From Cloacibacillus sp. (lineage in GTDB: Bacteria; Synergistota; Synergistia; Synergistales; Synergistaceae), in the NCBI RefSeq assembly GCF_020860125.1, contig NZ_JAJBUX010000093.1, positions 3 through 64,002 on the forward strand: a DNA stretch of 64,000 nucleotides, given 5' to 3'. A program made the position numbers and the translations under genes. The stretch's first letter is position 1. Each line of letters starts with the position of its first letter. Positions 1 to 8,757 of this stretch are shown piece after piece. A model generated the notes under the pieces. It worked only from the letters and a program-made list of their open reading frames with translations. It was not told the origin of the DNA and did not search any database.

Positions 1-180
1 CTTTGGTGGTCTCGGTTACTTCTGCAAACTTGCGATTACTTTTGCTATTCACCTTTTTTGGCGGTATGGCGGAGCTCCCAAAAAACTGAATATGCCCGCC
101 GGCCCGCCTCCGGCAAAGCGTCGGCGGTCTTCGGGCAATAAAAAATCCGCATGCGGTAATAACATGATACGGAAATTCTC

Positions 181-765
181 TTAGAGGAAAAAGAGCCTCG
201 CTACGATCACCAGCGTGATCACGATGTTCACACGGATGGAGTATATCTCCTCTTCGCGCGCCCTTTTGGCGTCAAAGGGCTTTTCATTGCGCGAGGCGGC
301 GGGAAATCCCCTTCTCGGCCACGGAAGGAGCGCCGGGACGGTCTTTTTATAGGCGATATATTCGGAGCCGAATTTATCCTCAAGAAATTCCTCCTCCGCC
401 GGTATCACTACCAGAGAATAAAGCAGCAGAAATGCGACGACAAAGGCTCCGACCCAGCCCCAGCTTACCATGAGAGACCATCCGAGCCCCATTACGGCGT
501 TTCCTGCATAGAGGGGGTTTCTGACCCAGCTGTAAGGCCCCCAGGTGATCAAGACGGGAGCGCCTATCACCTCCGTACGGTATTTTGGGATAAAACCTGC
601 CGCCCAGAAACGCAGCATCTGCCCAGCGATCACAAGCAGCAGTCCGACGGTGAACCGTACGGCGTTAAACTCTCCCGAAAATATCAGTATCCCGGCGGCG
701 AAGAGTCCCCAGAAAAGTCCCCTTCCTTTAAATGCAAGCGAGCTTATCTTTTTATTTATCTTCAT
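181..765 (-). CDS. ICMT/PEMT-family integral membrane methyltransferase
   Basis: Polytopic 194-aa ORF. The C-terminal block 'VRNPLYAGN...PAEEEFLEDKFGSEY' resembles the signature region of isoprenylcysteine-carboxyl / phospholipid methyltransferase-type enzymes. It overlaps the upstream gene by 14 nt. Confidence 0.6.
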   Translation of the reverse strand: MKINKKISSLAFKGRGLFWGLFAAGILIFSGEFNAVRFTVGLLLVIAGQMLRFWAAGFIPKYRTEVIGAPVLITWGPYSWVRNPLYAGNAVMGLGWSLMVSWGWVGAFVVAFLLLYSLVVIPAEEEFLEDKFGSEYIAYKKTVPALLPWPRRGFPAASRNEKPFDAKRAREEEIYSIRVNIVITLVIVARLFFL

Positions 766-1825
766 CTTCCGACTCCTCTGTATTTTCTATCGCCTCATGT
801 TCCGCGATTAGGACTTTATTTGCCCCGCACCAGCCCAGCATCCGTACCACGATAAAGGTCCCAAGCGCGACGCCGGTATATTCAGAGAGCAGACGCCAGG
901 TGACGACCATGACACCGGCCACGCTCCAGGGGACAAAGAGCCCGAATACCGCGACGGCTCCGCCCTCGGCCGCCCCGCTCGCGCCGGGCGTCGGCACAAA
1001 ATAGAGCATGAAGAGCAGCAGGGATTCCGCGAGCAGGCATTGGATGTAATTTACATTGAAACCGGCCGCCTTGATGAGGCAGGGCATAATGGACATATAT
1101 ACGATCAAATGCACTACGGCGAGGATGATGGAGAGCATAAGCCACCACTTACCGGTGGAGGTAAAGAGCTTGATGTTCGTGTTATAGGCGTCGATCTCCC
1201 GGCTCACCCAGCGCACCGCGTGAAGCAGGTATTTGGATTTCAGGATACCGACACGCTTGATCCAGACAAGGATGGCGTTGACCCAATGCTTTATCCACTG
1301 GGGACGGATCACACTGACTACGAGCAGGAAAGCGCAGAAGGCGATGAAGATCACGACGTAGCAGACATACCAGCGCATGTATACATATTTCCGAAGCATT
1401 TCCGGGTCGGCCAGAAGGGAAAAGGGAACCACCAGGGCGAGCAGGAAGAGTATCTGCAGGGTGCGTACCAGCGTTATCGCCACTGATTTCCCGACGGAAA
1501 CGCCGTCTTTATAGAGCAGGTATATCTGAAACGGGCCGCCGCCGCTCTGCATCGGCGTGATGGCGCAGCCGAAGTAGTTTATCCAGACCACGGAAATCGT
1601 GGACATAAAGGAAAGTTTTTCACCAGCGGCACGCGCGAGGGTCATAAATTTACAGGCGTCAAACGTCCAGCCAAGGACGACAAGCCCCGCGGCACAGAGC
1701 AAAAGCTTCGGGTCCGCGTTTTTAAGCATTGCGAATGTCGAGGCGTCTATACTCCAGAACAATACTCCCGTTATTGACAATATGACTATTATTACAAATA
1801 TTGAGAAACTTTTTTGGACGGTCAA
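752..1825 (-). CDS. UPF0104 / flippase-like (MprF C-terminal-like) membrane protein
   Basis: 357-aa multi-TM ORF with the motif 'VPTPGASGAAEGG' near the C-terminal TM helices, as in the lysylphosphatidylglycerol-synthase TM-region family. Acidic C-terminal tail. Confidence 0.5.
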   Translation of the reverse strand: MTVQKSFSIFVIIVILSITGVLFWSIDASTFAMLKNADPKLLLCAAGLVVLGWTFDACKFMTLARAAGEKLSFMSTISVVWINYFGCAITPMQSGGGPFQIYLLYKDGVSVGKSVAITLVRTLQILFLLALVVPFSLLADPEMLRKYVYMRWYVCYVVIFIAFCAFLLVVSVIRPQWIKHWVNAILVWIKRVGILKSKYLLHAVRWVSREIDAYNTNIKLFTSTGKWWLMLSIILAVVHLIVYMSIMPCLIKAAGFNVNYIQCLLAESLLLFMLYFVPTPGASGAAEGGAVAVFGLFVPWSVAGVMVVTWRLLSEYTGVALGTFIVVRMLGWCGANKVLIAEHEAIENTEESEDEDK

Positions 1826-1873
1826 AATCTGCCCTCCCCGGTAAACAACAGCATCTATACTACCATATGCGAA

Positions 1874-2560
1874 CTATTTTAACATAGGCTGCACCGCGGG
1901 AAGCGAGAAAAATTCTTCCGCTATCTGCGGCAGCCCCTCCCTCCAGGCAAGCGCGGCCGCCTTGGTACGGTCTGTCAGGTCAAGTTTTTTCAGCATGTGG
2001 CTGACGTGATTCTTCACGGTCTTCTCCGAAAGTATCATCCTCTGGGCGATCTCTCTGTTCGTCAGGCCGTGGGAGAGCCAGTAAAGCACCTCGCGCTCAC
2101 GCGGCGTTATCTCGCCCAGCGGGTCGCCGTAAAATTCGTCATCATCCTGCGGCAGGGCCGCGGAGAGAATATCTTTGCTTATATAGCGTTCGCCGCGCGC
2201 CACGGCGCGAAGCGCCTCCATGAACTCCGCAAGATCGGTACCCTCCGGCATGATACCCACGCTGGAACTCTCGCTCGCAAGGGAGAATAGTTCGGCGGTG
2301 GTATCCTTCACGATAAAGAGGATGTGCATGTCCTTCAGACGGCGTTTCACCTCGCGCAGTATCTGTACGACTCCAGGATCAGGACGCAGCTGATGGATGA
2401 CCATCACGTCCGGTTTGGCGGCGAGTATGCTGCGAATGGCGTCGGCATCGGTCTCGTCTCTCGTCTCTATCTCGAAATCGGCTTCCTGTCCAAGCACAAA
2501 GCGAAGCGCGTCGGTAAAGAGTGAGTTTGTATCAGCGAGAATTATCCTACTTTTTTTCAT
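1874..2560 (-). CDS. LuxR/NarL-type transcriptional regulator with degenerate (pseudo-)receiver domain
   Basis: C-terminal LuxR HTH 'TPREREVLYWLSHGLTNREIAQRMILSEKTVKNHVSHMLKKLDL'. The N-terminal CheY-like fold lacks the acidic pocket and phospho-acceptor. Start placed at MKKSRIIL (ATG 2560), preceded by AAGGA plus a 7-nt spacer; the track start at 2581 has no SD. Confidence 0.8.
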   Translation of the reverse strand: MKKSRIILADTNSLFTDALRFVLGQEADFEIETRDETDADAIRSILAAKPDVMVIHQLRPDPGVVQILREVKRRLKDMHILFIVKDTTAELFSLASESSSVGIMPEGTDLAEFMEALRAVARGERYISKDILSAALPQDDDEFYGDPLGEITPREREVLYWLSHGLTNREIAQRMILSEKTVKNHVSHMLKKLDLTDRTKAAALAWREGLPQIAEEFFSLPAVQPMLK

Positions 2561-2690
2561 GCCGCCATCCTTTCCGCTCATTATGAGACAATCTGTGATA
2601 GGATTATAAATTATATATATTATACCAGCCTAAAAGGAGGCATTTTCCCTGAAACAGGATTTTGAGGAACTCTATCCCTTATCAAAGAAG

Positions 2691-3407
2691 TTGTCACGCT
2701 TCACAGGAGAAGCCATAAGGGATTATAACATGATACGCCCGGATGACAGCATCTTGATCGGACTTTCAGGGGGAAAAGACAGCCTTTTACTGGCGCTGGC
2801 GCTGGCAATATTGAAAAAACGCAGCCCCGTGCGCTTTTCGCTGCGCGCCTGCCTCATAGACCAGTCAAACGGAGCGATGAAGCCGGAGCGGCTAACCGAA
2901 TATATGGCGGCCCTCGCCATACCGCTGATGATCGTAAAACATCCCACATATCAGATCATGAAAGAGCGCGAAGAGCGTTCTCCCTGCAGCCTCTGCGCGA
3001 ATATGAGGCGCGGCATCCTCGCGAATCAGGCGAAGGAGCTCGCCTGCGGCGTCATCGCTCTCGGCCACCACAAGGACGACGCGGCGGAGACGGTGCTGAT
3101 GAACCTCTTTTACGGCGGGCGCTTCAAATGTTTCCATCCGCACCTCTATATGAGCCGCACGCGTATACGCGTCATCCGCCCCCTAGTTTACATTGAAGAA
3201 CGGCAGATAAGACTGGAGGCGGAACGTCTCTCGCTGCCGGTGATCAGCTCCTGCTGCCCCTACGGCGACAAATCCAAGCGCAAGAGCACGAAGGAGATCG
3301 TCGCCGCGCTCGAAAAAGAGGTGCCGGAACTTAAGAGCAATATCGTACACGCGCTGAGGCACCTCAAAGAAAACGAGAGCTGGCCAGCGGGGATGCTTAA
3401 CGAATAA
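2691..3407 (+). CDS. ttcA: tRNA 2-thiocytidine biosynthesis protein TtcA-like PP-loop ATPase
   Basis: PP-loop 'GLSGGKDS', 'CSLCANMRRG', 'ALGHHKDD' and a C-terminal 'SSCCPYG' cysteine pair. Start is uncertain: the frame is open from 2634, and a CTG at 2649 lies 8 nt downstream of AAGGAGG (2634-2640), whereas the TTG at 2691 has no SD. Confidence 0.85.
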   Translation: MSRFTGEAIRDYNMIRPDDSILIGLSGGKDSLLLALALAILKKRSPVRFSLRACLIDQSNGAMKPERLTEYMAALAIPLMIVKHPTYQIMKEREERSPCSLCANMRRGILANQAKELACGVIALGHHKDDAAETVLMNLFYGGRFKCFHPHLYMSRTRIRVIRPLVYIEERQIRLEAERLSLPVISSCCPYGDKSKRKSTKEIVAALEKEVPELKSNIVHALRHLKENESWPAGMLNE

Positions 3408-3478
3408 ATCTTCCGCCGCGGCCTTACACCTATCGGTTAGCAGCGGCTCTGTTCCGTTCATACTGAAAGGTTATCCCA

Positions 3479-3506
3479 TTGACACAGGATATATAAGAGT
3501 TAAAAT
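3479..3506 (+). promoter_or_regulatory. sigma70-type promoter of the two-gene island (TTGACA-16 nt-TAAAAT)
   Basis: TTGACA at 3479-3484, 16-nt spacer, TAAAAT at 3501-3506. The -10 element and spacer lie inside the left arm of the 41-bp palindrome. Confidence 0.6.
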
Positions 3507-3531
3507 AATATTATTATTTTAACTCTTATAT
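3491..3531. repeat. Perfect 41-bp palindrome (20-bp arms, 1-nt centre), putative operator
   Basis: ATATAAGAGTTAAAATAATA-T-TATTATTTTAACTCTTATAT, verified base by base. It overlaps the promoter and ends about 20 nt before the first island ORF. Confidence 0.9.
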
Positions 3532-3551
3532 GAGATAAAAGGTGTATGCCG

Positions 3552-4076
3552 ATGCCGGAGATAAAAGATGATATCCTAAAGAGACTCGATGATTTGGATG
3601 AATTGCTCAGTTTAAACGATACACACAATGATGATCTGCTCATGGCTATTATCGTGGGCGGCGCGGCGATGTTGGTAATGGGATATATAGACAGGGCTAC
3701 AAAAGACATAGATTTTATTGAAGTATCACGCGAGGCAGAAAAATTTTTGCCGGATTTTGACATCAACACAAACGCGGCAGCATATCTCTCCTCCTTTCCC
3801 GACGATTATGAAGAACGGCTTAAACCGCTGCCAGTCGGCGGAAGAAAAATAAGGTATTACGCGGCATCGCTGGAAGATATAGTTATCTCTAAAATCAATT
3901 CGTACCGAGATAAAGATATGGAGGATATAAGGAATCAAGGTGTTATAAAGGCTCTTAACTGGGATCTGCTTGATAAACTTGCCGGAGAAAAGATGGCGTA
4001 TGCGCTTAATGATACTCAGAGAGCGATTTTCAAATCGATGTACGATGCCTATCTTACAGAAAAACACTCTAAATGA
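3552..4076 (+). CDS. Minimal nucleotidyltransferase-fold protein (MNT / AbiEii / DUF6036-like)
   Basis: NTase signature 'IIVGGAAMLVMGYIDRATKDIDFI' (GG...DxD). Clearly more AT-rich than the flanking genes. ATG 3552 lies 7 nt after AAGGTG; ATG 3546 (track) is only 1 nt after it. Confidence 0.6.
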   Translation: MPEIKDDILKRLDDLDELLSLNDTHNDDLLMAIIVGGAAMLVMGYIDRATKDIDFIEVSREAEKFLPDFDINTNAAAYLSSFPDDYEERLKPLPVGGRKIRYYAASLEDIVISKINSYRDKDMEDIRNQGVIKALNWDLLDKLAGEKMAYALNDTQRAIFKSMYDAYLTEKHSK

Positions 4077-4092
4077 AGGGAGGCGGAGGATA

Positions 4093-4632
4093 ATGAGGGA
4101 GCCGTCATTCAAATGGTTTCTGAAAAAATATGTAAAGGCGCTTTCGCGCTCCGGAAGTACGGGAGTAAAGACTCTTGTACGCGAAGCCATGTCGGATAAC
4201 CAGCGGCTGCGCGAGCCGTTATATTTATATGCCCACCTCTCGGGCTGGGTGCCGGCGCTTCTCTCCGCCATCTCGAACGACGAGGCGCTGTATCGTGAGT
4301 ATTCGCGGATATATGAGTTTTACGGAGACGAGGCAGAAAAACTTATCTCCGACTTGGAGTCGGGGCGCGGTCCCATGAGCAGAGAATATTTTAAGGTTTT
4401 TTCGTCATACGCCGCCGAACGCAGCACACGTGAGAGGGAAAATCACATGAAGTCCCTGATAAGGGAACGGGTCTTATCTCTTAAACAGGAAAAAGGCCTC
4501 TCCAACTACCGGATATTCAAAGCATTGGGACTCAACCCGGGAAATGTAAATTCGTACCTGAAAAACAACGACGTTAACAAGATCGGGCTGAATACGGCGA
4601 GAAAAATATACTCATTCGTCAGTGAATACTGA
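4093..4632 (+). CDS. Helical protein with C-terminal Cro/C1 (XRE)-like HTH; possible HEPN-like Rx4H motif
   Basis: C-terminus 'GLSNYRIFKALGLNPGNVNSYLKNNDVNKIGLNTARKIYSFV' looks like an XRE-type HTH. 'RERENH' (R113-x4-H118) precedes it. ATG 4093 lies 9 nt after GGGAGG (4078-4083) and 17 nt after the upstream stop; the longer track ORF from 3970 would overlap the previous gene. Confidence 0.5.
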   Translation: MREPSFKWFLKKYVKALSRSGSTGVKTLVREAMSDNQRLREPLYLYAHLSGWVPALLSAISNDEALYREYSRIYEFYGDEAEKLISDLESGRGPMSREYFKVFSSYAAERSTRERENHMKSLIRERVLSLKQEKGLSNYRIFKALGLNPGNVNSYLKNNDVNKIGLNTARKIYSFVSEY

Positions 4633-4720
4633 AAAAGAGCTCCGGCACTGAACGAAATCAGCAGGCTGAGACCGTTGCGCCGGCTTTGCCCTCCGATATC
4701 ATCCCGTGCCGCTTCTTTTA

Positions 4721-5455
4721 CTAAACTATCTTGCCCTCTTTGATATATTGCCACAGAGCGTCCCTCTCTACGGAGATGAATTCCCCCGCGGCAAGCTCCT
4801 TCAAAACGAGATTGCCGATCTTGCGGCGAAAGAGGCGGCGGACGTCGTTGTCGAGCGCCCTAGCCATCAGGCGTATCTCACGCTTGATCCCTTCGCCCAG
4901 CACCACCTCGAACCAGCATTGGAGCGGCGTGCGTGCCAGACGGCGCACAGATATCGGTTTAAGGAAATGTTCCTCGGCCTGCACTCCCCTGCTCCAGCGG
5001 ATGAGACGTTCCTCATCCAACGGTTTGCGCAGCTCGACCTCGTAGGTCTTTGTAAAGCCGTTACGCGGGTGGATCAGCTCCTGTGAGAATATACCGTCGT
5101 TTGTAAGGATGATGAGTCCCTCGCTGTCACGGTCGAGCCGTCCTACGGGAAAGAGCCGGAAGCGGTCCAGCTCCGGCGGCAGGATGTCGATCACGGTGCG
5201 CTCACGCGAGTCTTCGACAGCGCAGAGCACTCCTTTGGGCTTATGAAAGATAAGATATCGCTGCTCCACAGGCGCGACAGCCGCGCCATCGAGCTCCACG
5301 CGGTCCCCGGGGGCTACCTGCCGCCCCGGCTCGTTTACGGTGACGCCGTTTATCTTTACCCGTCCCGCGGTTATATATTCTTCAACCTTACGGCGCGCCC
5401 CCGCGCCGCACATCGCCAGATATCTGTTTAAGCGTACGCTTTCGTCACTCATCAC
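4721..5455 (-). CDS. rluB: rRNA pseudouridine synthase, RsuA/RluB family (S4 domain plus catalytic domain)
   Basis: N-terminal S4 'VRLNRYLAMCGAGARRKVEEYITAGRVKINGV' and the catalytic motif 'VGRLDRDSEGLIILTNDG'. Confidence 0.85.
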   Translation of the reverse strand: MMSDESVRLNRYLAMCGAGARRKVEEYITAGRVKINGVTVNEPGRQVAPGDRVELDGAAVAPVEQRYLIFHKPKGVLCAVEDSRERTVIDILPPELDRFRLFPVGRLDRDSEGLIILTNDGIFSQELIHPRNGFTKTYEVELRKPLDEERLIRWSRGVQAEEHFLKPISVRRLARTPLQCWFEVVLGEGIKREIRLMARALDNDVRRLFRRKIGNLVLKELAAGEFISVERDALWQYIKEGKIV

Positions 5456-6080
5456 TCTGCTCCATCTCTCCCTCTTCCGCCGGAGTCTCCCCTATGGCGG
5501 GAAGTTCCTCGTCGTCTTCGTAGTCCTCGCGCAGCTCCTCAAGCGTCGGCAGAGTGCTGATGCTCGAAAGGCCGAATATTTCTAGGAATTTATTGGTTGT
5601 GCGGTATCGCCGCAGGGATTTTCTCTTGTTCTCGCGGCGCAGCCTGTCGATGAGGCCGTTTTTCAGCAGCGTCTCGACGACGCGGTCGCAGCGCACGGAA
5701 CGTATCTCCTCAATCTCCGCCATCGTGATAGGCTGATTGTAGGCGATCACCGAAAGGGTCTCGAGCGCCGCGCGGGAGAGCCGGATACGCTGCATTGAGA
5801 GGTAGGCCGAGAAGCTCTCCACCGTGTCGGCGAGGTCGGGGGCGGTCGCCATCTGCCAGCCTCCAGCGAGGTTCAGCAGCGTCAGCCCCCGGCCCTTCGC
5901 GTAACTGTTCTTTATCGCGGCGACGGCGCGCTCCACACGCTCCAAAGAGACGCCCAGGTGATCGGCCATCGTCGCCGCCGAGACGGGCTGGGGCGAGACG
6001 AAGAGCAGCGCCTCTATCTGCCGTTCAAGAAACCCCATATTTTCGTTTTCTTCAGTCAGCGGCAATCTCAACACCTCCAA
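5445..6080 (-). CDS. scpB: SMC-Scp complex subunit ScpB
   Basis: 'IEALLFVSPQPVS', 'ALETLSVIAYNQPITMAEIEEIRSV' and its position downstream of scpA. Start is uncertain: TTG 6080 or 6065, or ATG 6038. Confidence 0.85.
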   Translation of the reverse strand: MEVLRLPLTEENENMGFLERQIEALLFVSPQPVSAATMADHLGVSLERVERAVAAIKNSYAKGRGLTLLNLAGGWQMATAPDLADTVESFSAYLSMQRIRLSRAALETLSVIAYNQPITMAEIEEIRSVRCDRVVETLLKNGLIDRLRRENKRKSLRRYRTTNKFLEIFGLSSISTLPTLEELREDYEDDEELPAIGETPAEEGEMEQSDE

Positions 6081-6840
6081 GTGTCTCAGTCTGGATTATA
6101 TGCACCATACCGAGACGCGACATCTCCAGCAGCGCCAGCAGGGTGACGATCAGCGTTTTAGGGTTGCGGTCGGCGAGCAGCTCCCGCAGAGACAGCCTGC
6201 GCCCGCGCACGATCCGCAGCAGCTCGTCCATGCGCTCCTCTATCTGCCGCTCCTCGGGGACCGCGTCTGGTATCTCATCCCAAAGCATTGTATCTTCGTC
6301 GTACTCGGCGGCGCGTGTCCGCTCCTCGTAGAGGGCCAGTATCTCCCACCATTTCGAGGCGAGCGTCTCAAGGTCGCCGATATCGTAATAGTAGTTATCC
6401 TCTTCGTCCGTCACGCGCAGGAAACAGCGCTCGCGCCGCTCCTTCGCGGCGGCCAGCCAGCGCGCCGCGGCGCGGAATGGCCGGTATCTGCGGATGATCG
6501 CCTCCAGCTCCTCCTCCGTCTCGATATAATCACCGAGGAGGGAGTCGTCTGGCTCTTCCGGTTCCTGCCCGGGAAATAGCGAGTGTACCTTACGCAGCAG
6601 CAGGCGGCTCGCAAAGGAGAAAAATTCCGCCATTTCGTTGAGGGTGGCCCCTTTAGCCTGCACAAGAAAGTTTATATACTGTGTGACCAGCTCCGTTAGA
6701 TTGAGCTTCAGCGCGTCCATCTCGCGCGACTCCACAAGATGGCAGAGCAGATCCAACGGACCGGAAAAGCTGCCCAGACGGACCTCAAATCCCGCCGCTT
6801 TGTTTTCTCCGTTATTTTCTAAAGTCTTTTCCTCTTCCAC
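6052..6840 (-). CDS. scpA: Segregation and condensation protein A (ScpA)
   Basis: 'FEVRLGSFSGPLDLLCHLVESREMD', the typical ScpA N-terminus. Overlaps scpB. Confidence 0.85.
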   Translation of the reverse strand: MEEEKTLENNGENKAAGFEVRLGSFSGPLDLLCHLVESREMDALKLNLTELVTQYINFLVQAKGATLNEMAEFFSFASRLLLRKVHSLFPGQEPEEPDDSLLGDYIETEEELEAIIRRYRPFRAAARWLAAAKERRERCFLRVTDEEDNYYYDIGDLETLASKWWEILALYEERTRAAEYDEDTMLWDEIPDAVPEERQIEERMDELLRIVRGRRLSLRELLADRNPKTLIVTLLALLEMSRLGMVHIIQTETLGGVEIAAD

Positions 6841-6849
6841 CGGATTTCC

Positions 6850-7857
6850 TTAATGTATGAGGTTCATCGCCGAGTAGACGTCTTCCATCGTACCCTCGGC
6901 AACCCTGCGCGCGCGCGCCGCCCCCGCCTCAAGTATCTGTTTGAGGTCGTCGGGGCGCTTCGCGAGCTCAGCGCGGCGCTTCTGGATGGGGTCCATCATC
7001 TCCGCGAGATGCACCATCAGCTTCTTTTTGCAGTCGACGCAGCCGATGCCGGCGCTCAGGCAGCCCTCGTGGAGCTCCGCGAGCTCCTGCGCGTCCCTGT
7101 TGAAGAACTTATGCACGTCCCAGATGGGGCATTTTTCCGGCGTCCCTTTGTCGGTCCGGCATTCGCGCGCCGGGTCGGTCGTCATCGTGCGCACCTTGCC
7201 CCAGATCGTCTCCATATCCTCGGCGATCTGCAGTGAATTACCATAGGACTTGCTCATCTTGCGGCCGTCGGTGCCGGGCATCTTCGCGGCGGGGGTCAGC
7301 AGCGTCTCCGGCTCGGGGAAGACCTCGCCGTAGAAGCTGTTGAAGCGGCGCGCGACCTCGCGCGTCAATTCAAGATGAGCGCTCTGATCCTCGCCCACCG
7401 GCACACCCCACGACTTGTAGAGCAGGATGTCCCCCGCCATCAGCACTGGATAGCCCAGGAAGGCGTAGGTCGAAAGATCTTTGTTCTGAAGGTTGAGGAT
7501 CTGTTCCTTATATGTCGGGCAGCGCTGAAGCCATCCAAGCGGCGTGATCATCGAAAGCGCGAGGTGGATCTCCGCGTGCTGCTTGACGTGCGACTGGATG
7601 AAGATCGAAGACTTTTCAGGGTCGACGCCGACCGCGAGCCAATCGAGCAGGATCTCATAGCAATTTTCCTTTACCTTGCTGGGATCGGCATAATCGGACA
7701 TCATCGCGTGCCAGTCGACAATGCCCCAGAAGCAGTTATATTCGTTCTGCAGCTTTACCCAGTTGATGAGCGCCCCCGCCATATGGCCGTAATGGAGCCG
7801 CCCGGTTGGCCTCATGCCGCTGAAGATCCTCTTTCTGTCATCCATCTCACAAAACAT
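6850..7857 (-). CDS. trpS: Tryptophan--tRNA ligase
   Basis: Class I aaRS motifs 'GRLHYGHMAGAL' (HIGH-like) and 'KMSKS', with a TrpRS-like length. Start may be ATG 7845 (MDDRKRIF). Confidence 0.9.
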   Translation of the reverse strand: MFCEMDDRKRIFSGMRPTGRLHYGHMAGALINWVKLQNEYNCFWGIVDWHAMMSDYADPSKVKENCYEILLDWLAVGVDPEKSSIFIQSHVKQHAEIHLALSMITPLGWLQRCPTYKEQILNLQNKDLSTYAFLGYPVLMAGDILLYKSWGVPVGEDQSAHLELTREVARRFNSFYGEVFPEPETLLTPAAKMPGTDGRKMSKSYGNSLQIAEDMETIWGKVRTMTTDPARECRTDKGTPEKCPIWDVHKFFNRDAQELAELHEGCLSAGIGCVDCKKKLMVHLAEMMDPIQKRRAELAKRPDDLKQILEAGAARARRVAEGTMEDVYSAMNLIH

Positions 7858-7913
7858 CCTTTCTATTTACATACGTTACATACAACTTCCGGCCGTTGCC
7901 GGATTATTTCCCG

Positions 7914-8699
7914 CTATACGCGCCCGTGGGTAAAGGGGGCGTTCTTCTCCTCTATCAACCGGACGGGAAGTCCCGTCTCGCATTCGATGACGGTCCGCAG
8001 CGCCGGCAAAGAGGCCCGTTCCATCTCGCCGTGGTCGGTACTCACGAGAGAGAGCCCAGCGTCGAGCGCCTCCTGGCGGTGGTGGTAGGCGATATCGGAG
8101 GTGATGAAGCAGTCCGCTCCCAGTGAGAGCGCCGCGGGCCAGAATTCCTGACAGGCGCCGCCGCCAAGCGCGATCCTTCTCAGCAGCCGTTCCCCGTCGC
8201 CGTAAACGGTAAAATTGGCGAGATGCCACCGTTCACTCAATATATCGGAAAGTTCGCCGAGCCTTATGGGAGAGGCAGGATCTCCAACTGCTCCCATTCC
8301 CCAAGCTCCCGACTCCGATGGTGACAGCGGCGCGATATTCTTGAGCCCCAGCAGCGAGGCGAGAGCAAAATTCACGCCCTCGGGTGACGAGTCCCAGTTG
8401 GTATGCGCCGCGTATATCGCGACACCGCCGCGAATCGCGGAGAATACCGTCCGTCCGACGTAGCTGTCGTTCACCACCGATTTCAGCGGGTGAAATATAA
8501 GCGGATGGTGCGTCACGAGCAGGCCGCAGCCCAGCGCGGAGGCGGCGGAGACCGTATCCGCGGTCGCGTCAAGCGAGAGGGCGATACCGGTCATCTCCGC
8601 GCCGGGGTCGCCCACGGCAAGGCCCGGATTATCCCACGGTTCCGCCCAGCTCTTCGGTATTCTTTTTTCTATTCTGGTTATTATCTCAGAAAGTTTCAT
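7914..8699 (-). CDS. Nif3-like dinuclear metal centre protein (YbgI/GTP cyclohydrolase 1 type 2 family)
   Basis: 'LLVTHHPLIF', 'AIYAAHTNWD' and 'TDHGEMERASLPAL' match the NIF3 family pattern. Confidence 0.8.
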   Translation of the reverse strand: MKLSEIITRIEKRIPKSWAEPWDNPGLAVGDPGAEMTGIALSLDATADTVSAASALGCGLLVTHHPLIFHPLKSVVNDSYVGRTVFSAIRGGVAIYAAHTNWDSSPEGVNFALASLLGLKNIAPLSPSESGAWGMGAVGDPASPIRLGELSDILSERWHLANFTVYGDGERLLRRIALGGGACQEFWPAALSLGADCFITSDIAYHHRQEALDAGLSLVSTDHGEMERASLPALRTVIECETGLPVRLIEEKNAPFTHGRV

Positions 8700-8728
8700 T
8701 TCAGCACCCCGTTTCGTTACATCGAATA

Positions 8729-8757
8729 ATTGTATAACAGCCGAGGGGTAACGTCAA
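8729..8757 (-). promoter_or_regulatory. Candidate sigma70 promoter for the nif3-like gene (TTGACG-17 nt-TACAAT)
   Basis: Minus-strand TTGACG (8757-8752), exact 17-nt spacer, TACAAT (8734-8729), about 30 nt upstream of the ATG at 8699. Confidence 0.45.

Noticed and set aside
3970-4092. Longer version of the second island ORF, overlapping the NTase gene by ~107 nt
   Set aside because: The internal ATG at 4093 has a GGGAGG SD at optimal spacing and starts just after the upstream stop. The upstream part is an Arg/Met-rich out-of-frame reading of the NTase gene.
5795-6331. 178-aa Arg/Ser/Pro-rich ORF, with similar ones at 11316-11834, 11723-12166 and 35688-36050
   Set aside because: These are out-of-frame readings of GC-rich coding sequence (scpA/scpB, thrB, the VWA gene). 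Extreme Arg/Pro/Ser bias and no start signals.
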